Assembly: GCA_965223665.1 (NCBI GenBank)
Contig: OZ245011.1
Span: 1,120,001 to 1,184,000, forward strand
Length of the DNA stretch: 64,000 nt
Reading direction: 5' to 3'
Source of the DNA: Nitrospinaceae bacterium
GTDB taxonomy: Bacteria; Nitrospinota; Nitrospinia; Nitrospinales; Nitrospinaceae
The notes below the pieces were generated by a model that was not told where the DNA came from, ran no database searches, and saw nothing but the letters and a program-made list of their open reading frames with translations. The position numbers and the translations under genes were made by a program. Positions 48,982 to 58,746 of the stretch are shown in pieces (positions within the stretch are counted from its first letter, which is position 1; every line of letters begins with the position of its first letter).

Positions 48982-50952
48982 TTATGAATTCCAATTTTTT
49001 GATTGCTTTACAATTTCTTGGAGTTCTGCCGAAAGATTAGACAGTTCCATTGCCGCTTTCTGAGAATCATTAGCCGCTTGGGTAGTACTTTGAGCAGCGC
49101 TGGAAACACCTGCAATATTTTGAGCAATTTCTCTAGACCCACGAGCCGCATCTGTAACATTACGACTCATCTCATTTGTTGTAGCTGTTTGCTCCTCGAC
49201 TGCACCTGCAATATTATTTGAAATATCATTTATTTGATTTATCACATCAGAAATTTCGTGTATTGCATTTACAGATTGTTGAGTGTCTGATTGAATGGCC
49301 TCAATTTTTAAACTTATTTCTTCGGTGGCTTTTGCGGTTTGATTTGCTAATTCTTTTACTTCATTGGCAACCACAGCAAACCCTTTTCCAGCTTCACCTG
49401 CTCTGGCCGCTTCAATGGTGGCATTGAGTGCCAATAAGTTAGTTTGCTCGGCAATTGATGTAATCACTTTGATCACTTGCCCAATTTCCTGAGAACTTTC
49501 TCCCAATTGAGTCACCGTTGAGTTAGTTTTCTGCGCAATTTCCACAGCCGATCGAGAAATCCTAGCCGCCTCACTAGAACTTTTCGCAATTTCCTTAATA
49601 CTAGCACTCATTTCTTCTGTTCCTGTAGCAACTGTCTCAACATTTGTATTCACCTCATCTGAAGACCTAGAAACAATTCCAGCTTGAGTGGAGGTTTCCT
49701 CTGCATTTCCAGCCAATTGTTGGCTCACAGAAGAAAGTTCTTCTGAAGAACTGGCAAGAATTGTAGCTTTATTCGTTACTTCTTCAATAATTTTTTGCAT
49801 TTCCTCTGTTATATCTTTTTCTCTCCGTTGCATTTCTATCTTTTTAGTGACAATCTCCCAAGTCATCATAGGGCCTAAAAAATTTCTATCGTCGTCATAT
49901 ATTGGAGAAACTAAAACATCCAAGATTTCAGGACCTAATTTAATTTGTGCTTTATGAGGTAAATTTTTTGGATCAGAAAGGATTTTCCTTTGATATGCAG
50001 GGTTTTTATGAAATATATCAATACTCTGGCCAGGGATCTCATCCACTTTCACTGGAAGGTATTTCTCTAAAACTTTCAGAGTATCTTTGGAAGCCGTATT
50101 CATATATTGAATATTAAAATTTAAGTCGGTACACATAACATTAACAGGAGCATTTTCCATCATCGAATTCACTCGAGCCATATTAGTTATTAGACTTCGC
50201 AAGTTTTTTACCATATTGGAAAAAGATCCTCCTAAAGATCCCTGACTATTATCGATTAAAGCACTATTATTTAAATCATTTTTGGAAATTATTTCTGCTT
50301 GCTTAGAAAACCAAACCATTTTTTCATTTAGTTTACTAAACGCCTCACCCAGTTCACCTGGCATTCTTTCTTTTAGGATTCTATTTTCAAGATCATCATT
50401 AGCAATTGCAATTGCTTGAGCAGTTAACTTTCGGGTTTCCTTGGTCAAGTTATCAAATGCATCCGCTAACTCACCATGTGTCACCTGATATTCCTTCTCA
50501 ACAAAATCAGCCGCAGAGTCAAAATCCATTCCCTGGTTCATTCGCTCAAACATTTTTGTTGTATTTAAATTGCCGTCTTCAATATCTGTTGCTTGCTTTA
50601 CAAAAAGTTGGAATGTCGAAATCATTTGATTGAAATTATCAGCCAATACTCCAAGTTCATCTCCTGAATTGTAATTTATTGTTTGCTGATTTAAGTTTCC
50701 ATTCGCCAATTGAATCGAGGTATCCGTCAACAACTTAACAGGTTTACATATGGAACGGGCAACAAAAATTCCCAGTATAGTTCCAACCAATAAACCAGCT
50801 ATTAGCAACCCCCAAAGCCAACCGTATAAAGATGAACCAGGGTCTGTCTGAGACATTGTAATTGAGGTAGTTAAAAGAAAAATCACGCCAATTGAGCCAA
50901 ACCCAAAGCCAATTTTCTTACCAATACTTAAATTTTTAAAAACCTCACCCAT
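48982..50952 (-). CDS. Methyl-accepting chemotaxis protein with poly-HAMP and Aer2-type heme-PAS domain
   Basis: Two TM helices with very short loop; several HAMP units; [11 protein letters not shown]...[24 protein letters not shown]...MTWEIVT; MCP signalling hairpin. Confidence 0.92.
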   Translation of the reverse strand: MGEVFKNLSIGKKIGFGFGSIGVIFLLTTSITMSQTDPGSSLYGWLWGLLIAGLLVGTILGIFVARSICKPVKLLTDTSIQLANGNLNQQTINYNSGDELGVLADNFNQMISTFQLFVKQATDIEDGNLNTTKMFERMNQGMDFDSAADFVEKEYQVTHGELADAFDNLTKETRKLTAQAIAIANDDLENRILKERMPGELGEAFSKLNEKMVWFSKQAEIISKNDLNNSALIDNSQGSLGGSFSNMVKNLRSLITNMARVNSMMENAPVNVMCTDLNFNIQYMNTASKDTLKVLEKYLPVKVDEIPGQSIDIFHKNPAYQRKILSDPKNLPHKAQIKLGPEILDVLVSPIYDDDRNFLGPMMTWEIVTKKIEMQRREKDITEEMQKIIEEVTNKATILASSSEELSSVSQQLAGNAEETSTQAGIVSRSSDEVNTNVETVATGTEEMSASIKEIAKSSSEAARISRSAVEIAQKTNSTVTQLGESSQEIGQVIKVITSIAEQTNLLALNATIEAARAGEAGKGFAVVANEVKELANQTAKATEEISLKIEAIQSDTQQSVNAIHEISDVINQINDISNNIAGAVEEQTATTNEMSRNVTDAARGSREIAQNIAGVSSAAQSTTQAANDSQKAAMELSNLSAELQEIVKQSKNWNS

Positions 50953-51183
50953 GCTTTACTCCTAAATTTACAAAATCAAAAAAATCTACTCTAGTTGTAC
51001 TTATGCAACCAGGTACCCTTTTTGAGAGTTTGTAATCGATATACAAGTTCCTTAAAACTTTTTAGAAAAGAATCTTTAAAGTCCATTAATTCATAATAGA
51101 ATCAATGAGTTTCACTCATTTGTAAACGGAAAATTAACCAAAAAGAATTAGATCCAATTTTTTAACAACTCTTATTTCAGTAT

Positions 51184-51290
51184 AGGCAAAAAATTAAGAC
51201 ATTAAAGCTGCGAATACCCTTATTAGGTCATAGTTGTTGATGGCTGAGGATTGTCTTATTTAGGAGGGGAAGATGGAATTCCATCAATTT
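51184..51290 (-). ncRNA. Structured intergenic element with anti-SD motif (candidate 3'-UTR sRNA or terminator)
   Basis: Minus strand TCTTCCCCTCCTAAATAAGACAA...TGTCTTAATTTTTTGCC, similar to the 38095-38170 element. Confidence 0.3.
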
Positions 51291-51324
51291 TTCACAAAAA
51301 TCAATTTAGGACAAACAAATTAAA

Positions 51325-53049
51325 TCAAGAGATAGTACTGACCGGTTTATTTTCTAATACTTTTTCTTCATAAATACAAACTCGGTCTCGACCAGAATTT
51401 TTGGCTTGATATAAAGCTGTATCTGCATTTTTTACTAGAGTTTGAGCAACTCCAGGCTTGGGAGTCTGAGAAGCTACACCTAAACTAATGGTAATATTCT
51501 TTTGAGAAGCCCCTAATTTGACGGTAATCTTTAGCTTTCTAATAGCATCACAAAAGCGTTGCGCAACAATGGCAGCTCCTTGCGTTTCCGTCATGGGAAG
51601 AATAACAGCAAACTCTTCTCCCCCAATTCGAGCTACAATATCTCCTGGACGTTTCAACATCGATTGAATTTTGTTAGCAACTATCTTTAAGCATCGATCG
51701 CCCGCAGGGTGTCCATAAGAATCATTAAACTGCTTAAAAAAATCAATATCCAATACAATCACAGAGATAGGAAGTTTTACCCGTTCGCATCTCGACCATT
51801 CTCGTTTTAAAACTTCTTCAAACAACCTACGATTTGGAATTCCGGTTAAAGGGTCATGGTATGAAAGCTTTTCTAATAATTTATTCTTCTCTTCCAATTC
51901 GATTTTTCTATTGTGTAGCTCCATCTCCATATTTTTACGTGCGGTAATATCCTTAAATGTTACAACAGCACCCTTAATAATCCCATTTTCAACTATGGGA
52001 TTGCTAATATACTCTACTGGAAAACTGGTCCCATCTTTCCTCCAAAATACTTCATTATCTTCTCTATGAACTTTTCCATCTTTAAAAGACGCAAAAATGG
52101 GACATTCCTCTATTGGATACGGGCTTCCATCGAATTTAGTATGATGAATCATTTTATGCTGAGGGCAATCCAGCATTTCCTCAATTTTATAACCTAACAT
52201 TTTTAATGCGGAAGAATTCACAAATGTGGTTTTCCCATTTAAATCGACCCCATAAATTCCCTCACCAGCAGATTCCAGAATTTGCCTGTTTCTTTCATGC
52301 AGATTTTTCAAGTTTTTCTCAAATAATTTCCTTTCTGAAAGATCTCGCGTAATTCCGCAGAAATGAATCTCACCTCCTAATTCCATTTGACTTACTGACA
52401 AATCCAAAGGAAAAGTACGTCCATCTTTTTTTAAACCCACTACTTCTCTTCCAATTCCTATAATTCTGGAATTCCCTATTTCTAAATATTTTTTTATATA
52501 TTGATCATGCTCTGAATTCCAAGGTTCGGGAACAATAATTTTTATATTCTTTCCCAAGGCCTCTCCACATGAGTAACCAAACATTTTTTCGGCGGCAGGA
52601 TTAAAACTTTGAATAATTCCCATTGAGTTTGTAGTAATTATTCCGTCATCTGAGTGATTCAAAATTGCCTGAACCCTTGCTTCATTATCGAGGCGTGAAG
52701 CATTTTGCTCGCTCCTCTCTAATCCCTTTTGATATGACCAACATAAGAAAGCAGTAGCCCATAATAAAAAAAGACTCAATGTCCGATTGAATAAAATCTT
52801 CCAACTTTCACCACCAGGAGGAGACAAATAATACCCTAGCCAAATTAAAAGGGAGCCTATACTAGCGGCCATCAAAATATGATCTTTTCTTCCTGAGCTC
52901 AAAGAGAATAAAACTAAAAACACATAAGGAATACCAGCGGCAACTCCCAATTCCACTGACAAATCGAAGGTAAGAAACAAAAGAATTAGAAGAATTTGAA
53001 CACTATAATAAAAATAATTACTTATTTTTATAGAAAAAAAATTTTTCAT
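51325..53049 (-). CDS. Membrane diguanylate cyclase with FixL-type heme-PAS and a second PAS domain
   Basis: N-terminal TM bundle; PEPWNSEHDQYIKKYLEIGNSRIIGIGREVVGLKKDGRTFPLDLSVSQM; DPLTGIPNRR, RPGD I-site, GGEEF. Confidence 0.93.
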   Translation of the reverse strand: MKNFFSIKISNYFYYSVQILLILLFLTFDLSVELGVAAGIPYVFLVLFSLSSGRKDHILMAASIGSLLIWLGYYLSPPGGESWKILFNRTLSLFLLWATAFLCWSYQKGLERSEQNASRLDNEARVQAILNHSDDGIITTNSMGIIQSFNPAAEKMFGYSCGEALGKNIKIIVPEPWNSEHDQYIKKYLEIGNSRIIGIGREVVGLKKDGRTFPLDLSVSQMELGGEIHFCGITRDLSERKLFEKNLKNLHERNRQILESAGEGIYGVDLNGKTTFVNSSALKMLGYKIEEMLDCPQHKMIHHTKFDGSPYPIEECPIFASFKDGKVHREDNEVFWRKDGTSFPVEYISNPIVENGIIKGAVVTFKDITARKNMEMELHNRKIELEEKNKLLEKLSYHDPLTGIPNRRLFEEVLKREWSRCERVKLPISVIVLDIDFFKQFNDSYGHPAGDRCLKIVANKIQSMLKRPGDIVARIGGEEFAVILPMTETQGAAIVAQRFCDAIRKLKITVKLGASQKNITISLGVASQTPKPGVAQTLVKNADTALYQAKNSGRDRVCIYEEKVLENKPVSTIS

Positions 53050-53379
53050 TCAATTAATATAAACTTTTCCGAGCAATAATCCTGGATTCGTATGAAATCT
53101 CTTTCTCACTTTTAATATCCTTCTTTCAATTAGTATAAGGGATAAAGACCAATTTTTAACTCAAAAATCCTTGCTCTGACTAAAGGATTTACTTGATAAT
53201 AGAATAGGTAATTTATAATTGTGGATTCTTTTTTCTTTACTGAAAATGGGCTCTGATTATTCTGGCGCTTCCATAAACTTCTATTTTATATTTTTCAAAT
53301 AAAATTACTTTTTATGTTAACCTAATTAGATAGTTTTCATACTATTGTAAGTCCACAAACATTTAATCCGAAAAACCAA

Positions 53380-53772
53380 ATGGCTAAGATTATTGTCGTT
53401 GAAGATGAAAACCCTGTTTGGAAATTATTGGAGTTTAAACTTCGAAAATCGGGGCACACTCCCCTCCATGCAAAAGATGGAGAAGAGGCATTAGACTTAT
53501 CAAGAATGCAGCAACCAGACCTCATCCTATTGGATTTAATGATCCCCTATCCAGATGGAATTCAGGTTTTAAAAACTCTAAAAGAAGACCCAGAACTCAG
53601 TAGCATTCCTGTAATAATTCTTTCTTCATTAGCTCAAGATAATAATGTGCTTACCGGCCTTAAGTTAGGTGCTGAGGATTATTTAACCAAACCTTTTAGT
53701 CCTGAAGAACTAATTTTAAGAGTAAACAAACTCTTACTTCGAACACAACACCAAGCACCCAAGAATTCTTAA
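53380..53772 (+). CDS. Single-domain response regulator (REC)
   Basis: IIVVEDE, LILLDLMIP, DYLTKPFSPEEL. Confidence 0.92.
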   Translation: MAKIIVVEDENPVWKLLEFKLRKSGHTPLHAKDGEEALDLSRMQQPDLILLDLMIPYPDGIQVLKTLKEDPELSSIPVIILSSLAQDNNVLTGLKLGAEDYLTKPFSPEELILRVNKLLLRTQHQAPKNS

Positions 53773-53809
53773 CAAGCAAAAACAACACAGTCCAATTTAT
53801 CAAGCTAAA

Positions 53810-55060
53810 ATGACAGGACTTAGAATAGAAATTCTTTTCTTTTTAAAATTTTTCCCAAATAACAAATTAAATATTTTGGTTCTTTCCAATACAACTCCCC
53901 ATACAACAATAGAAAATAAAAGTTTCGATTTTCTCATTCTATTTTACGAGTCATTTAAAGAAAATTTAGATTTTATTATTGAAATGGTCCAAAAAGAAAA
54001 ATTCCTGGTAGGTTTTCCAGTTCTTATACTGGGAACAATAGGAGTTTTAGCTATTCTTCTAAACGTTTATATATTAGCTGCCCGAGCACATAGAAACTAT
54101 TTTGAAAGAAAAAGAAAGCGCCTGTTTGATAAATGGAGCGAAAAATTATTTCTTATTCTTGAAGAAAAAGCTGCTCTTTATGAAATTCTCATTTTAGTTA
54201 ATGACAATGATACGGAAAAAGAATTCTTTACTGAATTTTTAATTTATTACTTGGAAACTATTAAAGGTCAAAACTGGAAAGTAATTTGCCAAATTTTTCA
54301 AAAAGCTGGATTAGTGGAAAGAGAATTAGAAATTCTTCAAACGGACGAAAACAATTGGCGATGCGCAATGGCGGCCTATCGTTTAGGGCAGGTAAAGGCT
54401 AAAGAAGCTTTACCAACTTTACTTGAAACCGTAAGAACCGATAATAATATGTTGGCTTATTCCGCCGCAGCTTCGATCCTGAATTTGGAAGAAAAAGAAA
54501 GTACCTACGAAACTTTAAAATTTTTACTCAGCCACAAAAGTTTTAGTGAAGAGCAATTTGCAGAGATTATTTTAGGTCACGGAAGCTTGGTAACCAGCGA
54601 ATTGATTGACTTAACCAGTTTATACGAAAAGTTACCTTTGACGCGCTATATGATCATTGACTTTTTTGGCTACTTTAAAACTCTCAATGCAGCCCCATTC
54701 CTCATCAAACTACTTAAAAAGTCAAAGGAAACAGAAGAGAAGATTCGTCTGGTAAAGGCTCTTGGAAATATTATGTCCATTGAAGCCATCCCCACTTTGA
54801 AAAACTGTTTAAAGGAAGAGAATCCTATTATTCGATCCCAAGCTGCAAAAGCCTTAGGAAACTTTGAAGACGAAGAGAATATTCATTTTTTAGCACCTTT
54901 ACTGGAAGACAGAGATTGGTGGTGCAGGAACCACGCTACCATTGGAATTATGAAAATCGGCAAAACAGGAAGAGAATTTTTACAACAAAAATTTGAAGAG
55001 ACGCAAGATCCTTACGCTAAAGATATGATCAACCAAATCTTGCAAAATTTTCATGGATAG
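53810..55060 (+). CDS. Membrane-anchored HEAT-repeat protein (true start may lie downstream)
   Basis: One TM helix then RCAMAAYRLG, IRLVKALGNI, IRSQAAKALG, DRDWWCRNHA; overlaps the GT2 gene by 8 nt. Confidence 0.85.
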   Translation: MTGLRIEILFFLKFFPNNKLNILVLSNTTPHTTIENKSFDFLILFYESFKENLDFIIEMVQKEKFLVGFPVLILGTIGVLAILLNVYILAARAHRNYFERKRKRLFDKWSEKLFLILEEKAALYEILILVNDNDTEKEFFTEFLIYYLETIKGQNWKVICQIFQKAGLVERELEILQTDENNWRCAMAAYRLGQVKAKEALPTLLETVRTDNNMLAYSAAASILNLEEKESTYETLKFLLSHKSFSEEQFAEIILGHGSLVTSELIDLTSLYEKLPLTRYMIIDFFGYFKTLNAAPFLIKLLKKSKETEEKIRLVKALGNIMSIEAIPTLKNCLKEENPIIRSQAAKALGNFEDEENIHFLAPLLEDRDWWCRNHATIGIMKIGKTGREFLQQKFEETQDPYAKDMINQILQNFHG

Positions 55061-56486
55061 CTTTTATCATAATATATTGTCAAATTTTATTTCGTTTGTA
55101 AACCATATTACGGTGGTTTACCTATTCGTGGTCAACGGAACATATTTAACAATGCTTGTACTGGCATTTAAAGCTATTCGTAAACATTTGAAAGAAATCC
55201 AGCTTGTAAAATTTAAAAGGATATTTCATTCCCCTTTTTTCAAACCCATTTCTATTATTGTTCCCGCATATAATGAAGAAGCCACCATTGTCGACAATGT
55301 TGAATCCTTATTACAAATTCATTACCCTTTATATGAAATAATTCTGGTTAATGATGGTTCAAGTGATCAAACTCTAAAAAAATTAGCCGACAGGTTTAAC
55401 TTCACTCCCTCTGAAAATGTCGTAAGGCATCAGGTCGCATGCTCAGAAATTTTAGGAATTTATACAAGTCCGGACTATCCAAAACTAATTTTAGTAGATA
55501 AAGTAAATGGAGGAAGCAAGTCTGACGCAATTAATGCTGGAATCAATGTATCTAAATTTCCTTTATTTTGTGCAATCGATGCCGATTCTCTACTGGAGCC
55601 AGATGTTTTATTAAGGTTGATTCGGCCTTTCATCGAAGATCCTTCTACAGTCGCTGCTGGAGGAACGGTTCGTATTTCAAATGGCTGTACAGTAAAGAAT
55701 GGTTACATAACTCAAGTCCGGTTGCCGAAAAGTTTGATAGGAAAATTTCAAATATTAGAATATTTGCGAGCCTTTCTTTCAGGGCGTGTTGCATTTTCAG
55801 CCATAAATGGATTAATCATAATTTCTGGAGCATTTGGATTATTTAAAAAAGAGGCAGTTATTCAGGTAGGAGGATACAAAGAAGGAATCATTGGAGAGGA
55901 TATGGAACTGGTTGTAAGACTCCATCGTGAATTAACCAAAAACAATATTCCTTATAGAGTTGCATTTGTACCTGAACCAGTTTGCTGGACAGAAGCCCCG
56001 GAAACATTAAAAATTTTAAAAAGGCAAAGAAAAAGATGGCAACGGGGGTTAATGGAAAGTTTGTTTGGGAACAAAGAAATTCTATTTAACTTTAAATATG
56101 GGGTAATCGGTTGGTTTGTTTTTCCGTTTTTTCTATTCATAGAGGGACTCGGCTGCTTTATTGAATTTTTTGGAGTTATTTTGCTACTAACTTCCTGGTA
56201 TTTAGATTTAATAAATCCCACTCTCTTGTTGTTATTTTTTATTGGGGGAATAGTTCTAAACATTTTCCTTTCTCTGGGTACTATTCTTTTTGAAGAGTTC
56301 TCCCTTCGTCGTTACCCACTATTATCAGATGTAATCATCCTTTCATTACTACCATTTATCGAAGTTTTTATTTATCGACCTTTTCAAGTATGGTGGCGTA
56401 TTCTTGGAAGTTGTGAATACTTTTTTAATATGCCTGCAAAATGGGGTCAAATGGAAAGATCAGGATTTGCAACTAAACCAAAATAA
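55053..56486 (+). CDS. Processive family 2 glycosyltransferase (PgaC/IcaA-like polysaccharide synthase)
   Basis: VPAYNEE, NDGSSD, IDADS, GEDMEL, QRKRW (D,D,D,QxxRW), flanking TM helices. Confidence 0.93.
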   Translation: MDSFYHNILSNFISFVNHITVVYLFVVNGTYLTMLVLAFKAIRKHLKEIQLVKFKRIFHSPFFKPISIIVPAYNEEATIVDNVESLLQIHYPLYEIILVNDGSSDQTLKKLADRFNFTPSENVVRHQVACSEILGIYTSPDYPKLILVDKVNGGSKSDAINAGINVSKFPLFCAIDADSLLEPDVLLRLIRPFIEDPSTVAAGGTVRISNGCTVKNGYITQVRLPKSLIGKFQILEYLRAFLSGRVAFSAINGLIIISGAFGLFKKEAVIQVGGYKEGIIGEDMELVVRLHRELTKNNIPYRVAFVPEPVCWTEAPETLKILKRQRKRWQRGLMESLFGNKEILFNFKYGVIGWFVFPFFLFIEGLGCFIEFFGVILLLTSWYLDLINPTLLLLFFIGGIVLNIFLSLGTILFEEFSLRRYPLLSDVIILSLLPFIEVFIYRPFQVWWRILGSCEYFFNMPAKWGQMERSGFATKPK

Positions 56487-56512
56487 AGTTTAATTAAGGG
56501 AAAATTATTTAA

Positions 56513-57244
56513 TTAGTTTGAGGGGCAATCGCATTTATATTCAGTATCTGAAATCCAAGTAATACAAATATAATCAGGAAATAATGTTGTGTTTTTTTCA
56601 AAAATAGCCACTTCTAATTGTGGACAGGTTAGGTTTAACGCTTTAGATAAATCGGCTCCGCTTAAATCTGCTTCTTGAAAATCAGCATTTACCAAGTTAG
56701 CACCATTAAAAATTGAATTAGATAAATCGGCTCCAGTAAAATCTGCCTCACTAAGGTCGGCTTGACTAAAATTAATTCCTTCCAGTTTAGAATATTGAAA
56801 CTCAGATCGTTTCATAAGTGCATGCGAAAAGTCTGAGTTTCTTAAATCGGCAGCTTTAAAGTCAGTTTCAATTAAATTAGCATTTTGAAGACTAGCTTCG
56901 CTCATATAAACACCCGTCAGATTGGAACCTTCTAAATTACCTCCGGAAAGATCTGAACGTCTAAAATCCGCGCCTTCTAATTCTGCATGAGAAAGCTTAG
57001 CTCGTACCAAATAAGCATCACTAACATTTGCTTCCGTCAAATCTGTTTCCGATAAGTTTGCACCTTCTAAATTTGATTCCCGAAGCCTTACTCTATATAA
57101 ATTGGCACGAAATAAATTGGCTTCTTGAAGGTTAGCCTCAGTTAAATCAGATTCACTCAAATCCGATTCCTGAAGATTACAACTCTTCCAGTCTTGACCA
57201 ATTAACTCTTTTCCACTGAGATCCTGCTTGGAAAGATCTAACAT
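56513..57244 (-). CDS. Pentapeptide repeat protein
   Basis: Long A(D/N)Lxx array; Cys-containing C-terminal cap. Confidence 0.93.
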   Translation of the reverse strand: MLDLSKQDLSGKELIGQDWKSCNLQESDLSESDLTEANLQEANLFRANLYRVRLRESNLEGANLSETDLTEANVSDAYLVRAKLSHAELEGADFRRSDLSGGNLEGSNLTGVYMSEASLQNANLIETDFKAADLRNSDFSHALMKRSEFQYSKLEGINFSQADLSEADFTGADLSNSIFNGANLVNADFQEADLSGADLSKALNLTCPQLEVAIFEKNTTLFPDYICITWISDTEYKCDCPSN

Positions 57245-57270
57245 AACTTGTCCTTTTAAATTATTTTTAA

Positions 57271-57468
57271 TTACTTTTTGGGAGGAAGGTCAAAGTCGAT
57301 GATCCCCTGTTGCCCTTTAGATGCCAAACCTCGCCTCTTAGAACTTTTCAACAAATCTTTAATATCTTTTTTATTATTGGTTGGTGACATTTCATCTGAA
57401 TTATTTTTATTTTCTTTAATTTCTTCAGAATCAGATTCGTCTTTAGGCGTTTTTTTGATGGAAGACAT
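57271..57468 (-). CDS. Small charged hypothetical protein
   Basis: 65-aa ORF co-oriented with neighbours, filling the gap. Confidence 0.45.
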   Translation of the reverse strand: MSSIKKTPKDESDSEEIKENKNNSDEMSPTNNKKDIKDLLKSSKRRGLASKGQQGIIDFDLPPKK

Positions 57469-57565
57469 TAGGCTCAGTTAAATCAATTAAAAGTTCCAAA
57501 TTTACAATAAGCAAAAATAGTTATATCACGGTTAAAATGGATAATTAATAATACCAATTCACTGG

Positions 57566-58732
57566 TTATTTTTCATTCTTTGTTTTTAAAGAATTGTATT
57601 TTATAGCATTCTTATATACCTGGACTATTTTTTTAGTCGACTCAGACCAAGAAAATCTTTTTAACATCTCATCCTTTGCTTTTTGCCCCATCTTTTCATA
57701 TTTTTCCTGATAGGTCAGTACAATTTTTAGAGATTGGGCTAAGGCTGGAATATCGTCTGGTTTCACTAGGGTTCCAGTAATACCGTCTTCTAGAAATTCA
57801 GGAATTGCCCCTACCCCATTTGCAATCACAGGTAGACCTGACGCTAAAGCCTCAGCTATCGCTAGACCAAAACTTTCTATTTTGGAAGGAAAAACACCTA
57901 CATTACATTCAGCAGATAACTCCTGAATTTGCTCGGGACTTTTCCAACCTAAAAACTGAACCTGGTTTTTTAGACCTAATTTTATAGATTCTGCTTTATA
58001 TTTCTCAGTCAAACTTCCCTCACCCACTAATCTTAATCTAAAATGTGGAATTTCTTTTTTAAGAATAGAAAGTGCTTTTAGGAGTTCTATTATTCCTTTT
58101 TGGTCTTCCATCCTGCCCCAAAGTAAAATTTCATTATTTGAAGAAGGACATCGTTTGACATGGAACCAACTATTATCAATTCCGGGAGAAATCGTTTCAA
58201 TTTTTTCCGTAACATTTTCGCCCAATCCACGGACAACTAAATTTTTGGAAAACTCGCTAAACGTAATTATCCTATCTGCAATTCTAGCAGAGTGCCGTTG
58301 GAGGTAACAGTTTACACGTTTCAAAAAATGAAAGGGTCTATTTAAACCAAGAAGAATTCCTGTACTTGGAATAATATTTGAATGGGAAGTATAAACATAG
58401 GGTATCTGGTACTTAGATACAAGAGATTGAAACAAACAGGATTCTTCTGCATTCCCATGAATAACATCGAACCGCTCATGACTTAACAAACGGCTCAAGG
58501 CAAATCGAAAGGAAAATATATTTAAGTTCACGGTAGCCCAATTAAAATGGCGAACCCATTTAACGCGATAGTTCACATTAGATTTAATATTTTTTTGGGG
58601 ATCTTTAGAATATAACACCAAAACTTCATGACCCAGTTTAGTCAATTCAGTGGCATGGTGATGAACAGCAATATTTCCACCCCCTCTTCCGTCAGACCAA
58701 GGAGAGGAGTTCATAGTGAGACAAATCTTCAT
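57566..58732 (-). CDS. Family 4 glycosyltransferase
   Basis: GGGNIAV N-terminus; FPSKIESFGLAIAEALASGLPVI (EX7E). Confidence 0.93.
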   Translation of the reverse strand: MKICLTMNSSPWSDGRGGGNIAVHHHATELTKLGHEVLVLYSKDPQKNIKSNVNYRVKWVRHFNWATVNLNIFSFRFALSRLLSHERFDVIHGNAEESCLFQSLVSKYQIPYVYTSHSNIIPSTGILLGLNRPFHFLKRVNCYLQRHSARIADRIITFSEFSKNLVVRGLGENVTEKIETISPGIDNSWFHVKRCPSSNNEILLWGRMEDQKGIIELLKALSILKKEIPHFRLRLVGEGSLTEKYKAESIKLGLKNQVQFLGWKSPEQIQELSAECNVGVFPSKIESFGLAIAEALASGLPVIANGVGAIPEFLEDGITGTLVKPDDIPALAQSLKIVLTYQEKYEKMGQKAKDEMLKRFSWSESTKKIVQVYKNAIKYNSLKTKNEK

Positions 58733-58746
58733 ATTGGTATTTAAGG

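Noticed and set aside
51004-51019. sigma54-like AGGGTACCTGGTTGCA upstream of the Aer2-like MCP
   Set aside because: GG-N10-GC spacing fits but the -24 element is poor; too weak to call.
51184-51250. c-di-GMP-I riboswitch upstream of the MCP (GGCAAA start)
   Set aside because: Lacks the GAAA tetraloop stem and GACGCAAAG core, and lies on the opposite strand to the MCP.
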